Assembly: GCA_964291625.2 (NCBI GenBank) | Contig: OZ220089.1 | Location: 1,152,001 to 1,216,000, forward strand | Source of the DNA: Candidatus Latescibacterota bacterium | Lineage (GTDB): Bacteria; Latescibacterota; UBA2968; UBA8231 | Direction of reading: 5' to 3' | Length of the DNA stretch: 64,000 nt | Part shown: positions 19,168-28,782 of the stretch, piece by piece | Position numbering within the stretch: the stretch's first letter is position 1 | How the letters are laid out: each line of letters begins with the position of its first letter | Notes under the pieces: generated by a model | Databases searched by the model: none | Seen by the model: the letters and a program-made list of their open reading frames with translations, nothing else | What the model was told of the DNA's origin: nothing | Position numbers and translations under genes: made by a program

Positions 19168-20499
19168 ATGGTCCGCGACGAGGACTGGACCTTGGGAATG
19201 GTGCCTGGGCTGACGCGCTACTTCCGGCTGGAGGAGCGGGGCACGAGCGTGCGCACCGAGGTGCTGGCGGGGTGCACCACCTTCCTCACCGTCTCCTACA
19301 TCATCCTCGTGAACCCCCTGGTGCTGTCCGGCGCCGGCATGGACGCCGGGGCCGTGCTGGTGGCCACCTGCCTGGCCGCCGCCTTCGGGTGCGCGGTCAT
19401 GGGCCTCTACGCCAACTACCCCATCGCCCTGGCCCCGGGGATGGGGCTCAACGCCTACTTCGCGGCCGTCGCCGTGGGCACCCTGGGCCTGTCCTGGCAG
19501 GTGGGACTCGGGGCCGTGTTCTGCTCCGGCTTCCTGATGCTCGTCCTCTCCGTCCTTCCGGTGCGCGAGTGGGTCGTCAACAGCATCCCCCGCTCGCAGA
19601 AGATGGCCATCGCCGCCGGAATCGGGTACTTCCTCGCCATCATCGGCCTGCGCAACGCCGGAATCGTGGCGGCCAGCGACGCCACCCTCCTCACCCTGGG
19701 GGACCTGACTCAGTGGACGGTGGTGCTGGCGGCCCTCGGCTTCGCCGGCATCGCCGCCCTGGAGCACCGCAGGACTCCGGGCGCGGTGCTGATCTGCATC
19801 CTGGCCGTGGCCGCGGCGGGCTGGATCGGAGGGCTGTCGCCGGCGCCTTCGTCCCTGGTGGCGGCGCCGCCGTCGCTGGCGCCGACGGCCTTGCAGCTGG
19901 ATCTGGCCGGGGCCCTCGAGGTGGGCCTGGTGGCGATCGTCTTCGCCTTCCTCATGGTCGACCTCTTCGACACCAGCGGCACCCTGGTGGCGGTGCTCAA
20001 CGAGGCCGGCCTCACCGGCGCCGACGGGCGGGTGCCGCGCCTGCGCCGGGCCCTCGTGGCCGACAGCTCCGCCACCATGGCGGGAGCGCTGCTCGGCACC
20101 TCGACCACGACCTCCATCCTCGAGAGCGCCGCCGGGGTGCGGGCCGGCGGGCGGACGGGGCTCACGGCCCTGGTGGTGGCGGGGTTGTTCCTGGTGGCGA
20201 TCCTCTTCGCGCCGGTGGCGACGGCGATCCCGGCCTACGCCACGGCCCCGGCGATCCTCTTCGTGGGATGCGCCATGGCGCGCGCCCTGCGGCACGTGCC
20301 CTGGGACGATCTGACCGAGTGCATACCCGCCATCGTCACCGCCGTGGCCATGCCCTTCACCTACTCCATCGCCAACGGCATCGGCCTCGGCTTCATCACC
20401 TACGCGCTCATCAAGCTCCTGGCCGGCCGCCGCCGGGAGCTGCACCCGGCGGTGGTGACGGTGGCGGTCCTCTTCGCGATCCGGTTCGTGGTCCAGTAG
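19168..20499 (+). CDS. NCS2/AzgA family purine permease
   Basis: TEVLAGCTTFLT, PIALAPGMGLNAYF, FDTSGT, ESAAGVRAGGRTG and PFTYSIANG. Confidence 0.92.
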   Translation: MVRDEDWTLGMVPGLTRYFRLEERGTSVRTEVLAGCTTFLTVSYIILVNPLVLSGAGMDAGAVLVATCLAAAFGCAVMGLYANYPIALAPGMGLNAYFAAVAVGTLGLSWQVGLGAVFCSGFLMLVLSVLPVREWVVNSIPRSQKMAIAAGIGYFLAIIGLRNAGIVAASDATLLTLGDLTQWTVVLAALGFAGIAALEHRRTPGAVLICILAVAAAGWIGGLSPAPSSLVAAPPSLAPTALQLDLAGALEVGLVAIVFAFLMVDLFDTSGTLVAVLNEAGLTGADGRVPRLRRALVADSSATMAGALLGTSTTTSILESAAGVRAGGRTGLTALVVAGLFLVAILFAPVATAIPAYATAPAILFVGCAMARALRHVPWDDLTECIPAIVTAVAMPFTYSIANGIGLGFITYALIKLLAGRRRELHPAVVTVAVLFAIRFVVQ

Positions 20500-20503
20500 T
20501 CAC

Positions 20504-20971
20504 TCAATACTCGACGCGGTCCTCCTTCTCCCGCCACTCCCGGAAGACGGCCAGGGCGTCGTGGCGCAGCAACTGGCGGGAGGGAATCCGCCGATCGACC
20601 GGGGGCCGTTGCATTTCCTGGTGCATGATCTTGTCGTCGAAGCCGATCTCCCCGGCATCCTCCGCGGTGCACGCGAACCAGATCGTCTCGATCCTCGCCC
20701 AGTAGATGGCGCCCAGGCACATGGGGCAGGGCTCGCAGCTGGCGTAGATCTCGCATCCTTCGAGGTGGACGGATTCGAGCCGGGCGGCCGCCCTCCGGAT
20801 GGCCACCACTTCGGCGTGGGCCGTCGGGTCCTTGCTGGAGAGGACCTCGTTGTAGCCCTCGGCGACGATCTCCCCGCCCTTGACCACGACCGCGCCGAAG
20901 GGGCCGCCTTCGCCCGACCGCATGTGGACCCGCCCGAGGTCGATGGCCCTGGCCATGAACTCCCGCTCCAT
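20504..20971 (-). CDS. guaD: Guanine deaminase (cytidine-deaminase fold, GuaD type)
   Basis: GGPFGAV, DPTAHAE, CEPCPMC, AIYWARI, GFDD and C-terminal Y; adjacent to the purine permease. Confidence 0.85.
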   Translation of the reverse strand: MEREFMARAIDLGRVHMRSGEGGPFGAVVVKGGEIVAEGYNEVLSSKDPTAHAEVVAIRRAAARLESVHLEGCEIYASCEPCPMCLGAIYWARIETIWFACTAEDAGEIGFDDKIMHQEMQRPPVDRRIPSRQLLRHDALAVFREWREKEDRVEY

Positions 20972-20975
20972 CCCG

Positions 20976-21989
20976 CTACCCTCCCACCCTCCGCTCGAGG
21001 ATCTCGATCGCTGCCGTGGCCCCTCCGTGCTCCGCCCATCCCAGGGGCGTGCCCCCGTGGGCGGCATCGACCACCGTGGGGTCCGCGCCCCGGTCGAGGA
21101 GCAGGTTCAGGCAGCCGACGGCGCCGTGCTGCGCCGCCAGGTGCATGGCTACCGCCTGCACGCCGTGGCCCTCGCCTCCCCAGTCGTGGCGCAGGTCCGG
21201 GTCGGCGCCGTGGTCGAGCAGCCAGGCGGCGGCCTCCACCCGGTCGCTGTAGCACGCCCACAGCAGGGGCGTTCCGCGGCAGGGGTTGGCGTCGACGTCG
21301 GCCCCGAGGTCGACGAGGGCCTGCATCGATCCGCACTGGTCGTTGCGGGCGGCCCAGGTGAGGGCCTCGTCGAGGACCTCCTGCCGCGAGCGGGCCCGTT
21401 CCCAGGCCGGGAAGAAGACGGGCGCGTAGAAGCCCAGCCCCTCGATGGCCGCCGGCTCGAGCTCTCCCTCCCGGCCGAAGAACCGGTCCAGCTCGCGGCC
21501 CAGGGCGGCGGCCGTCCGCAGGTTGTCGGGATGGACAGGCGTCAACGCTTCCGCCATGTAGGCCTTGGCGTAGAACAGGGCGTACGAGAGGGGCGTTCCG
21601 CCCTCCCGGCCGTGGGCGTTCGCCCGGACCGAGGCCCCCGCCGCGACCAGGCGCCGCGCAAGGTCGATGTGACCCGCCATGGCCGCCGTGTGCAGGGGCG
21701 TCCAGCCGTCGTCATCGGCGGCCGAGGGGTCGGCGCCGGCGGCGAGGATGCGGTCGACGGCGGCATGCTGTTGCGGGGTGCCGGGCACCAGGGGGATGGC
21801 GATGTCGCCGGTGGCGGCCCGGCAGGCGAGGTCCAGCAGGGTGCGGCCGTGGCCGTCCCGAGCCGAGATCACGTCCGGCGACTTGGACAGGATTCGCTCG
21901 AGGCTGTCCAGATCGCCTGCGCGGGCGGCCGCTGCGGCGGCAGTCAGGACCGACTCCGCCACGCGGGATCTCCCGTTCTCCTGTCGCAT
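20976..21989 (-). CDS. Ankyrin repeat protein
   Basis: Repeated GWTPLHTAA, GTPLSYA, GTPLLWA and GTPLGWA with LLDxGAD units. Confidence 0.9.
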   Translation of the reverse strand: MRQENGRSRVAESVLTAAAAAARAGDLDSLERILSKSPDVISARDGHGRTLLDLACRAATGDIAIPLVPGTPQQHAAVDRILAAGADPSAADDDGWTPLHTAAMAGHIDLARRLVAAGASVRANAHGREGGTPLSYALFYAKAYMAEALTPVHPDNLRTAAALGRELDRFFGREGELEPAAIEGLGFYAPVFFPAWERARSRQEVLDEALTWAARNDQCGSMQALVDLGADVDANPCRGTPLLWACYSDRVEAAAWLLDHGADPDLRHDWGGEGHGVQAVAMHLAAQHGAVGCLNLLLDRGADPTVVDAAHGGTPLGWAEHGGATAAIEILERRVGG

Positions 21990-22002
21990 CCCGGTCTCCT
22001 CT

Positions 22003-25000
22003 TCAGGTCAGCGGTTCATCGCGGGGCGCCGATTCCGCATGACGCCCAATGGAATGAAGGAAGAGGGAGGCGGGGTTCCCGGGAAGGGGGCGTGCGGTGA
22101 GCAGCCTGGCGTCGGCGAGGTTGAGCGCCGCCCGGGGGCCGTGCTGATGAATGAGCTGGGCCGCGGCGCAGACGTCCCGGTATCCCGGATCGCCTGAAGC
22201 TGCCTGGAGGCCGGGTCTGCCTCGCGCCGCTGAGATCAGCGCGCTGGCCAGGGCCGGGAGCGGCAACGGTTCCAGCTCCAACCCCCGGCCGCCCAGGCCG
22301 TCCAGGATCTGCGCGGCGCCAAGGGGTTCCAGGGCGAGGTGGCGCACCGGCCTGTCGGGAGAAGGGCCGCTCTCCGCCAGGGAGACCAGCTCCCGGCAGA
22401 CGGCGTCCACGGGGGCGATCTGCGAGGACCAGTCCCCCTCGGGGAACACGCCGGCGGCGGCGAAGGCCCGGACCGCCGAGGTCAGGCGGTCGCGAGGGCC
22501 GCCGTCTCCCCCGCCGGAGTCACTGAGCAGGTGCGGGACCCGCACGACCGACACGGGCAGCCCGCGCTCGAAGGCCGACCACAGGAGCAGCTCGGCACCG
22601 AGCTTGGAGAGGGAGTAGCCGTCGGCGCCCGAGGTTTCCAGGTCGGCGCCCAGGGAGCGCATGGCCTGCAGGCCGAAGGTCTGCTCGGGCCACGAGGTGT
22701 CGAGAGGGAAGACGGCGCTCGAGGAGACGTGGTGGACGGGAGCGCCGTGGCGGAAGGCCAGCCGCAGCACCTCCCGGGTGCCGTCCACGTTGGCCGGCTC
22801 GAGGTCGCCGTAGGAGGCGAAGGCGTCGAGGTCGGCGGCCAGGTGGACGACGGCGTCGACCTTCCCGGCCAAGGCGTCGAAGGCATCGGGGGTGAGTCCC
22901 ATCAGGGGCTTGGACAGGTCTCCTGGAACTGCCTGCAGGCGCGGTCCCGGATCCCATGAGACCAGTTCGGGCGCCTCATTCCGCTCCAGCGCCCCTGCCA
23001 GGCGCCGGCGGGCGTGGTCCTCGTCGTCCGCCCGGACGAGAGCCGCCACCTCGACGGAGGTCGCCCGCAGCAGGGCGTCCACCAGGGCCGCCCCGAGAGA
23101 CCCGGTCGCCCCGGTGACCAGCACGGTCCGCGCCGGCGTCCGGGGCCCACCGCCAACCGCGGCGGAGGTGTCGAGCTCCAGCTCGGGCGGGGTCCACGGC
23201 GGAGGCGGCGGCCCACCCTGCTGCTCCCGCAGGTGGCGCGCGAGATCGAGCGGGGTCGGGTGCCGGTAGAGGTCGCCCACCGAGACGCGGCGGCCGGTGG
23301 CCTGGTGCAGGATCCCGCAGAGGCGGATCGCCCGGAGGGAGTGGCCGCCCCTGGTCTCGAAGTCGTCCCGCGGGCCGACGGCGGGATCGTCGAGGGCCTG
23401 GCGGAAGGCGGCGAGCACCTGCCGCTGCAGATCATCCGCCTCGGAGCGCGGGTCCGGGGATGCGCGGAAGGTCCGTGCCGTCCGGCGCAACCGCCGACGG
23501 TCGACCTTCCCCGAGGGCAGGAGCGGCAACTCGGCCACCGGGACGAAGCGGGCCGGCGCGCCCTGGGGCGGCAGCCGGGAAGCAGCCCAGGGGCGCAGCT
23601 CGCGCTCGAGGTTCGCGGCCTGCGCGTCCTCCGGCCCCGGGACGACATAGGCCACCAGCTCCGCCTCACCCCGCGGGTCGGTCTCGGCCGTGACGCAGGC
23701 CCGGCGGACCCGCGGGTGCGCCTCGACGACCGCCTCGACGCGGGCGGGGTCCACCCAGGAGCCGCGGATCTTGAGGCCGCTGTCGCAGCGCCCCAGGATC
23801 TCCAGCTCGCCCCCGGGATGGAAGCGGCCGAGGTCGCCCGTGTCGAAGACGCGGGTGCGGCGGCGGGTCCCGTCCGGCGACGGCAGGTCCACCTCGACGA
23901 AGCCTTCGCCCTCTTCCCCGTCGGCGCCGGGACAGGCGGGCGCCAGGCCGCCGCCGCCCACCAGGATCCTCCCCGGGCGGCCCACCTCCACGAGGCGGCC
24001 GGGGTCGTCCGGCTCGCAGAGGTGGACCTCCGCGAAGCCGGCCACCAGACCGCAGGTGATCTCCTTCCCCGGCCGCAGCTCTCCCCCGGCCACGTCGTGG
24101 CACTCCGCCGTCGAGTAGAGGTTGGCGATCCGCACCCCCGGCAGCTCTTCCCAGGCGCGCTCCATGAGCGCCCGCGCGACCGGCTCGCCGCAGAGGACGA
24201 GCAGACGCAGACGGCGCAGCGCCTCTACCCCCTCCACGCAGTCGAGACAGGCGCCCAGCAGGCCCGGGGTCATCATGATCCGCGTGATCCCCAAGCGGAC
24301 GACGGCCGAGGCCAGGGCGAAGGGGTCCCGCATGGTCTCGTCGCGGATCAGCACCACCGGGATTCCGCGGCACAGGGCCGGCACCACGTCCCAGATCCCG
24401 AAGATGTTGCAGCCCACCACGTCCCTCGCCGGGTCGAAGGGCCACAGCCGGCTGCGCCAGGCGTGGGAGAGCATGGACCCCGCGTGATCGGCGGCGACCA
24501 TCCGAGGGACGCCCGTGCGGGTGCCGGAGGTGAAGGCGAGATGCGCCGTACGCCGCGGGTCGGGCTCCGGGAAGGCGGGGTCGGCGCTGTCGGAGGGAGG
24601 CTCCGCCTCGTCCTCGATCCAGAGTCGTGGTACCCCTTCCCAGAGTGAGCAGGGCAGCTCCTCGGCGATGCGGCGTGAGCTGACCAGCGCGCCGAGCTGC
24701 GCCGGCGCCGGCGTCTGCGCCAGCTCCATGAGCGCCCGCGGGTCCGGCTGCAGCGGCACGTAGGGCAGCCCCGCCTTCAGGCAGGCGAAATAGGTGATCA
24801 CCCTCTCGGCGTCGTTCTCCAGCAGGACGCCGACGCCCGCCTGCTCCCGGCGCCCCGGCCAGCGCTTCAGCAGGGCGGCGGCCCGGGCTTCGATGGCGGG
24901 GCGCAGCTCCGCGCAGGTCAGGTACCCGTTCTCCTCCACGAGGATCGCCCTGGCCGGGGTCCGGGCGGCCTGCCGCTCGAAGGCGGAGTGGATGCAGTCA

Positions 25001-25077
25001 GGGTGGGGGGGACCTGCCGACTGTGACGGGCGGATGCCCTGGTACCAGGGAAGGGCGGTGCTGGAGTGGGGACTCAC
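22003..25077 (-). CDS. NRPS-like A-T-R reductase (adenylation, PCP, thioester reductase)
   Basis: A domain FTSGT, DTGD, KIRG, PSGKVDR; PCP DDFETRGGHSL; R domain VTGATGSLG, NVDGT, HVSS, GYSLSK. Confidence 0.88.
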   Translation of the reverse strand: MSPHSSTALPWYQGIRPSQSAGPPHPDCIHSAFERQAARTPARAILVEENGYLTCAELRPAIEARAAALLKRWPGRREQAGVGVLLENDAERVITYFACLKAGLPYVPLQPDPRALMELAQTPAPAQLGALVSSRRIAEELPCSLWEGVPRLWIEDEAEPPSDSADPAFPEPDPRRTAHLAFTSGTRTGVPRMVAADHAGSMLSHAWRSRLWPFDPARDVVGCNIFGIWDVVPALCRGIPVVLIRDETMRDPFALASAVVRLGITRIMMTPGLLGACLDCVEGVEALRRLRLLVLCGEPVARALMERAWEELPGVRIANLYSTAECHDVAGGELRPGKEITCGLVAGFAEVHLCEPDDPGRLVEVGRPGRILVGGGGLAPACPGADGEEGEGFVEVDLPSPDGTRRRTRVFDTGDLGRFHPGGELEILGRCDSGLKIRGSWVDPARVEAVVEAHPRVRRACVTAETDPRGEAELVAYVVPGPEDAQAANLERELRPWAASRLPPQGAPARFVPVAELPLLPSGKVDRRRLRRTARTFRASPDPRSEADDLQRQVLAAFRQALDDPAVGPRDDFETRGGHSLRAIRLCGILHQATGRRVSVGDLYRHPTPLDLARHLREQQGGPPPPPWTPPELELDTSAAVGGGPRTPARTVLVTGATGSLGAALVDALLRATSVEVAALVRADDEDHARRRLAGALERNEAPELVSWDPGPRLQAVPGDLSKPLMGLTPDAFDALAGKVDAVVHLAADLDAFASYGDLEPANVDGTREVLRLAFRHGAPVHHVSSSAVFPLDTSWPEQTFGLQAMRSLGADLETSGADGYSLSKLGAELLLWSAFERGLPVSVVRVPHLLSDSGGGDGGPRDRLTSAVRAFAAAGVFPEGDWSSQIAPVDAVCRELVSLAESGPSPDRPVRHLALEPLGAAQILDGLGGRGLELEPLPLPALASALISAARGRPGLQAASGDPGYRDVCAAAQLIHQHGPRAALNLADARLLTARPLPGNPASLFLHSIGRHAESAPRDEPLT

Positions 25078-25235
25078 CGAGCCTGTCGGCGCTCCCGAAG
25101 GCGTGCGATCACCTCGGCCGCGGGTCTCGCCCGACCCTTCTCGATCTGGCGGTTACCCAGCTCGAGGATCTTGAGCAACGCCGAGATCTCCTGCATTCGC
25201 CCACAGCTGCCGTCCTGCATGACCACTCTCCCTTC
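25074..25235 (-). pseudogene. C-terminal remnant of a Phd/YefM-family antitoxin
   Basis: VVMQD..MQEISALLKILELGNRQIEKGRARPAAEVIARLR resembles Phd/YefM C-termini. No N-terminal DNA-binding part and no toxin are present. Confidence 0.55.
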
Positions 25236-25294
25236 TCCAATCTGGGGATGAGATGAAAGAGCACTTGCCCGAACGCCACCAGGTCCGTATCGTA

Positions 25295-25322
25295 TCACTG
25301 TACTAGTTCATTGATACAGTGA
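25295..25322. promoter_or_regulatory. YtrA/GntR operator palindrome
   Basis: TCACTGTA-N12-TACAGTGA perfect inverted repeat (core TGTACTA..TGATACA) upstream of a YtrA-type regulator. Confidence 0.75.
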
Positions 25323-25404
25323 CGCCGAGGGCCACAGGGAGGCCGCGCCGCCGGCGCCACCCATCCGGGTCCCGCGCCGCAACGGTCACCCCGGGAGCGT
25401 CCCC

Positions 25405-25809
25405 ATCCTGCACCTGCACATCGACCCGTCCAGCGGGGTCCCCATCTACCTGCAGATCATCGAGCAGGTCACCTACCAGATCGCCACGCGGGTGCTCCGG
25501 CCGCACGACGAGCTTCCCTCGGTGCGCGCGCTGGCCGGGCAGTACCTGATCAACCCGAACACCGTGGCCCGGGCCTATCTCGAGCTGGAGCACGGCGGGC
25601 TGATCTACAAGAAGCGGGGCACCGGCACCTACGTGGCCGAGAGGAAGGTGACCATGGGCCGGAAGGAACGGCTCGAGATCGTGCGCAAGTCGCTCGACAA
25701 GGCCCTGGTCCAGGCCGTCGAGCTGGGGTTGAGCCCCGCGGAGATGCGCCAGCTCTTCCGGGAGCGTCTTGCCCGGTTCAAAGAGAGCGGAAGGAGGAGC
25801 GATGACTGA
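25405..25809 (+). CDS. GntR family (YtrA subfamily) regulator; apparent non-canonical start (ATC 25405 or CTG 25408)
   Basis: In-frame IDPSSGVPIYLQIIEQ lies upstream of the called GTG. Then LPSVRALA, INPNTVARAY and RGTGTYV. Confidence 0.85.
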   Translation: MLHLHIDPSSGVPIYLQIIEQVTYQIATRVLRPHDELPSVRALAGQYLINPNTVARAYLELEHGGLIYKKRGTGTYVAERKVTMGRKERLEIVRKSLDKALVQAVELGLSPAEMRQLFRERLARFKESGRRSDD

Positions 25810-26701
25810 CACCGCCATCGCATTGGAAGGCCTGACCCATCGCTTCGGCAAGCGCCCCGCCCTGGAGGACCTCCACCTCGAGGTCCCCACCGGTGCGGTC
25901 TGCGGCTTCCTGGGGCGAAACGGGGCCGGAAAGACCACGGCCATAAGAATCCTGATGAACGAGCTCCGCCCCTCGGCCGGACGGGTGGAGGTGCTCGGAC
26001 TGGACCCGGCGCGGGGCTCCCTGGCGCTGCGGCGCCAGGTGGGGTACGTCCCGGAGAGTCCGGTCATGTACGGGTGGATGAAGGTGCGCCAGCTGGCCTG
26101 GTTCGCCGGCCAGTTCTACGACACCTGGGACGCGGCACGGGTCGCGGGGATGATCGACCGCTTCGGCCTCGACCCGGAGCAGAAGGTCAAGCACCTCTCC
26201 CGCGGCATGAACGCCCAGCTCGCCCTCGCCCTCGCCCTGGGCCACGAGCCTCGCCTGCTGATTCTCGACGAACCCGCCTCCGGCCTGGACGTGGTGGTCC
26301 GCCGCGACTTCCTGGAGAGCATCATCGGCCTCATCCAGGAGGAGGGGCGGACCGTCTTCATGTCGTCCCACCTGGTGCATGAAGTGGAACGCGTGGCCGA
26401 CCGGGTAGCCATCATCGAGCAGGGCCGCCTGGTCGCCGAAGGGCCGGTGGACGAGGTGAAGGGCTCGGTCAAGCGGGTGTCGGTCCGCATGCCGGAGGAC
26501 GCGGGGCCATTGACCGGGATCCCCGGCCTGGGGGAGGTGCAGGGTACGGGGGCGCATCAGCTGTTGACGGTGGTGGGGTACGGTGAGGAACAGGCGGAGC
26601 GCATCCAGGCCCAGAGTGGACGCATCGTCGAGGTGGAGGACCTGGGGCTCGAGGAGGCCTTCGTGGCGTACGCAAGAGCTGCCAGAGGACAAGGGCCATG
26701 A
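25802..26701 (+). CDS. ABC transporter ATP-binding protein (YtrB-like)
   Basis: GRNGAGKTT, LSRGM, LILDEP and SSH. Confidence 0.93.
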   Translation: MTDTAIALEGLTHRFGKRPALEDLHLEVPTGAVCGFLGRNGAGKTTAIRILMNELRPSAGRVEVLGLDPARGSLALRRQVGYVPESPVMYGWMKVRQLAWFAGQFYDTWDAARVAGMIDRFGLDPEQKVKHLSRGMNAQLALALALGHEPRLLILDEPASGLDVVVRRDFLESIIGLIQEEGRTVFMSSHLVHEVERVADRVAIIEQGRLVAEGPVDEVKGSVKRVSVRMPEDAGPLTGIPGLGEVQGTGAHQLLTVVGYGEEQAERIQAQSGRIVEVEDLGLEEAFVAYARAARGQGP

Positions 26702-28767
26702 ATCCGCTGCGTGCTCTGTTGTGGAAGGAAGTGCGGACGGCGGCCTACAGGATCGCCGCATGCGCCTGCCTCGCTCTGCTCGCCGGGCTGGCCCACATCG
26801 ACTGGTCCTTTCCCTTGCCCGGCTGGGGCATATTTGCCTGGCTGACTGGTGACCCCTTCTCCAGCCCAGGGCTAACCCTCCAGGCAGTGTGCCATCTGGT
26901 CGGCATTCTCGGCGCCATACTGATGGCCATGGACCTGGTGGCCGGTGAACGTAGCCGGGGGACGCTGCCCTTCCAATCCAACCTGCCGGTTAGGACGGCC
27001 TGGCTGCTTGGAGCGAAGTACGCAGTCGGGGCCGCGGGGCTTCTTGCAGTGCTGGCCGCGTACTGGGCAGGCGTCTTCCTCGGAATTCCACACTGGGGGA
27101 GCGTCTCTTGGAGCACCTCCTGGCATTCGTACGAACAACCCTTGCTCATGGAAACCCTGAAGGATGTCGGGTACGGCCGGATCCTGCTGCTCTGGTTCCT
27201 GTTCTACCTGATCTTCTACTCAGGTGCGTTCCTCTCGTCCACCTTGAGCAACCGCGCCTTCCAGGCCGCATGGACCAGCCTGCTGATGGTTGGTGTCTGG
27301 ATCTTCTTGCCTCTAGGCCTCCGCCAGATGCCTGATCCTGTTTCCCTCTCTCTGCGGCAGGTCCTTGAGAATGGACTCCACGCTGGCCTGATCCTGCGAC
27401 CAGCCTTCGACCCGACGCTGCTGCTTGCCAGGGCGGCCGTAGCCTTCCTGCTGGCTGGTTGCGTGCTGGCATGGTGCTGCCGGGCCTTTCGAGCGCAAGG
27501 GGGGCGTCGATTCCAGTGGGTCATGATCGCCCTCTTCCTGACATGTCTGGTTGTCTGGTATGGGCCAAGACCGGAGTCCAGCTCGAAGACCGTGGAATAC
27601 TGGGTCCAGCCGGTGGGCCGGCTTCCCTATGAAGCAGAAGTCGTAGATCTGGCGGTGAGAGACGGAACTGCGGTCGTGCTGCTGACATCCGGACTGAGCA
27701 TCGTCGACGTGGCGGACTGGCAGTCACCAAGGGAAGTCGGCCGGGTGGAGGTGGACGGCTGGCAACTGCGCACGCTGGCCGTTTCAGACTCGGCGGCCTA
27801 TGTCTGGGGATGGACTAAGGAGCAGGACAGTGCAGGGGTGGCCGTATTCGATCTGCGCCTGCCCGAACGCCCCCGGCTGCAGACTCGGCGGCTTCTCTAT
27901 CCCATCGAGGCGGGCCCCACCCCCTGGCTCGACCATACTCCCCGCCTGACGGCCTGGACCGTCAGGGACGGACACCTCTACGCCGGCCTGCTCGGCAGCG
28001 AGTTCCTCGAGCTGCACAGCTTCGACGTGCGAAGTGGTGGCGCCCCTCAGCCGATCCAGGGGCTGCGGGTCGAAGAGACGGCCAGGCATGTCTGGAACAA
28101 CGACTGGGAGATGCACCTGGCCGGCGACAAGGCCTTCCTCACCCTGGGACACGACCTCGTCGTCCTTGACCTGGCCGACCCAGCGGCAATGCACGAGCTG
28201 AGCCGGACCTCCCTTCGCCGGTTCGGACACTCCTCCAGGCGGTATGAAGAGTTGATGGAGTCATTCCATCTCCAGCTGTCTCAACTGCCAGACGAAATCG
28301 CCTCGGAGATGGAAGCCCACAGACGGGGACTGGTACACCGAAACAAGGAAGGGGAGCCCATCGGCAACCGGCGCTACTTCTGGATCTCCTTCCCGCCGGC
28401 GCTGGGGCCGGTCGCCCTGGCCGGCAACAAGGCCTACGTCCCACGCTTCTGGCCCCGGGAGCTGGCCGTACTCGACATCAGCGATCCTCGGCGCCCGGTG
28501 GAGGTTGGTTACCTGCGTGGGAAGTCACCCTCCCAACTGGTCAAGAGAGGAAGACTCGTCCACTCCCTGACGCCGTGGGGTGGCATCCGAGCCTATTCCG
28601 TGGACCAGGACGGCACCTTGCTGACTCCGACTAGGTTCCGGAGGCTGCAACTTGGGGACGGCCCCAACAGAAGGCCGCGAGCCAAGGGCTTGGTACCAGT
28701 GGACGATCACCTCTGCGCAATCGCGGACAGCAGCCTTGCCATCTTCAGAATCCCCCACCCTGACTGA
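26698..28767 (+). CDS. ABC-2 type permease fused to an LVIVD-repeat extracytoplasmic domain
   Basis: LLWKE and ERSRGTL..LPV..AK permease motifs with about 7 TM segments; C-terminal GLSIVDVAD, LVVLDLADP and LAVLDISDPRRPVEVG repeats. Confidence 0.7.
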   Translation: MNPLRALLWKEVRTAAYRIAACACLALLAGLAHIDWSFPLPGWGIFAWLTGDPFSSPGLTLQAVCHLVGILGAILMAMDLVAGERSRGTLPFQSNLPVRTAWLLGAKYAVGAAGLLAVLAAYWAGVFLGIPHWGSVSWSTSWHSYEQPLLMETLKDVGYGRILLLWFLFYLIFYSGAFLSSTLSNRAFQAAWTSLLMVGVWIFLPLGLRQMPDPVSLSLRQVLENGLHAGLILRPAFDPTLLLARAAVAFLLAGCVLAWCCRAFRAQGGRRFQWVMIALFLTCLVVWYGPRPESSSKTVEYWVQPVGRLPYEAEVVDLAVRDGTAVVLLTSGLSIVDVADWQSPREVGRVEVDGWQLRTLAVSDSAAYVWGWTKEQDSAGVAVFDLRLPERPRLQTRRLLYPIEAGPTPWLDHTPRLTAWTVRDGHLYAGLLGSEFLELHSFDVRSGGAPQPIQGLRVEETARHVWNNDWEMHLAGDKAFLTLGHDLVVLDLADPAAMHELSRTSLRRFGHSSRRYEELMESFHLQLSQLPDEIASEMEAHRRGLVHRNKEGEPIGNRRYFWISFPPALGPVALAGNKAYVPRFWPRELAVLDISDPRRPVEVGYLRGKSPSQLVKRGRLVHSLTPWGGIRAYSVDQDGTLLTPTRFRRLQLGDGPNRRPRAKGLVPVDDHLCAIADSSLAIFRIPHPD

Positions 28768-28782
28768 GGGATTCCTTGCGTC

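Noticed and set aside
20504-25077. A-T-R, ankyrin and deaminase as one biosynthetic gene cluster
   Set aside because: Co-oriented, but the deaminase is a typical GuaD matching the adjacent purine permease; no PPTase, tailoring or export genes.
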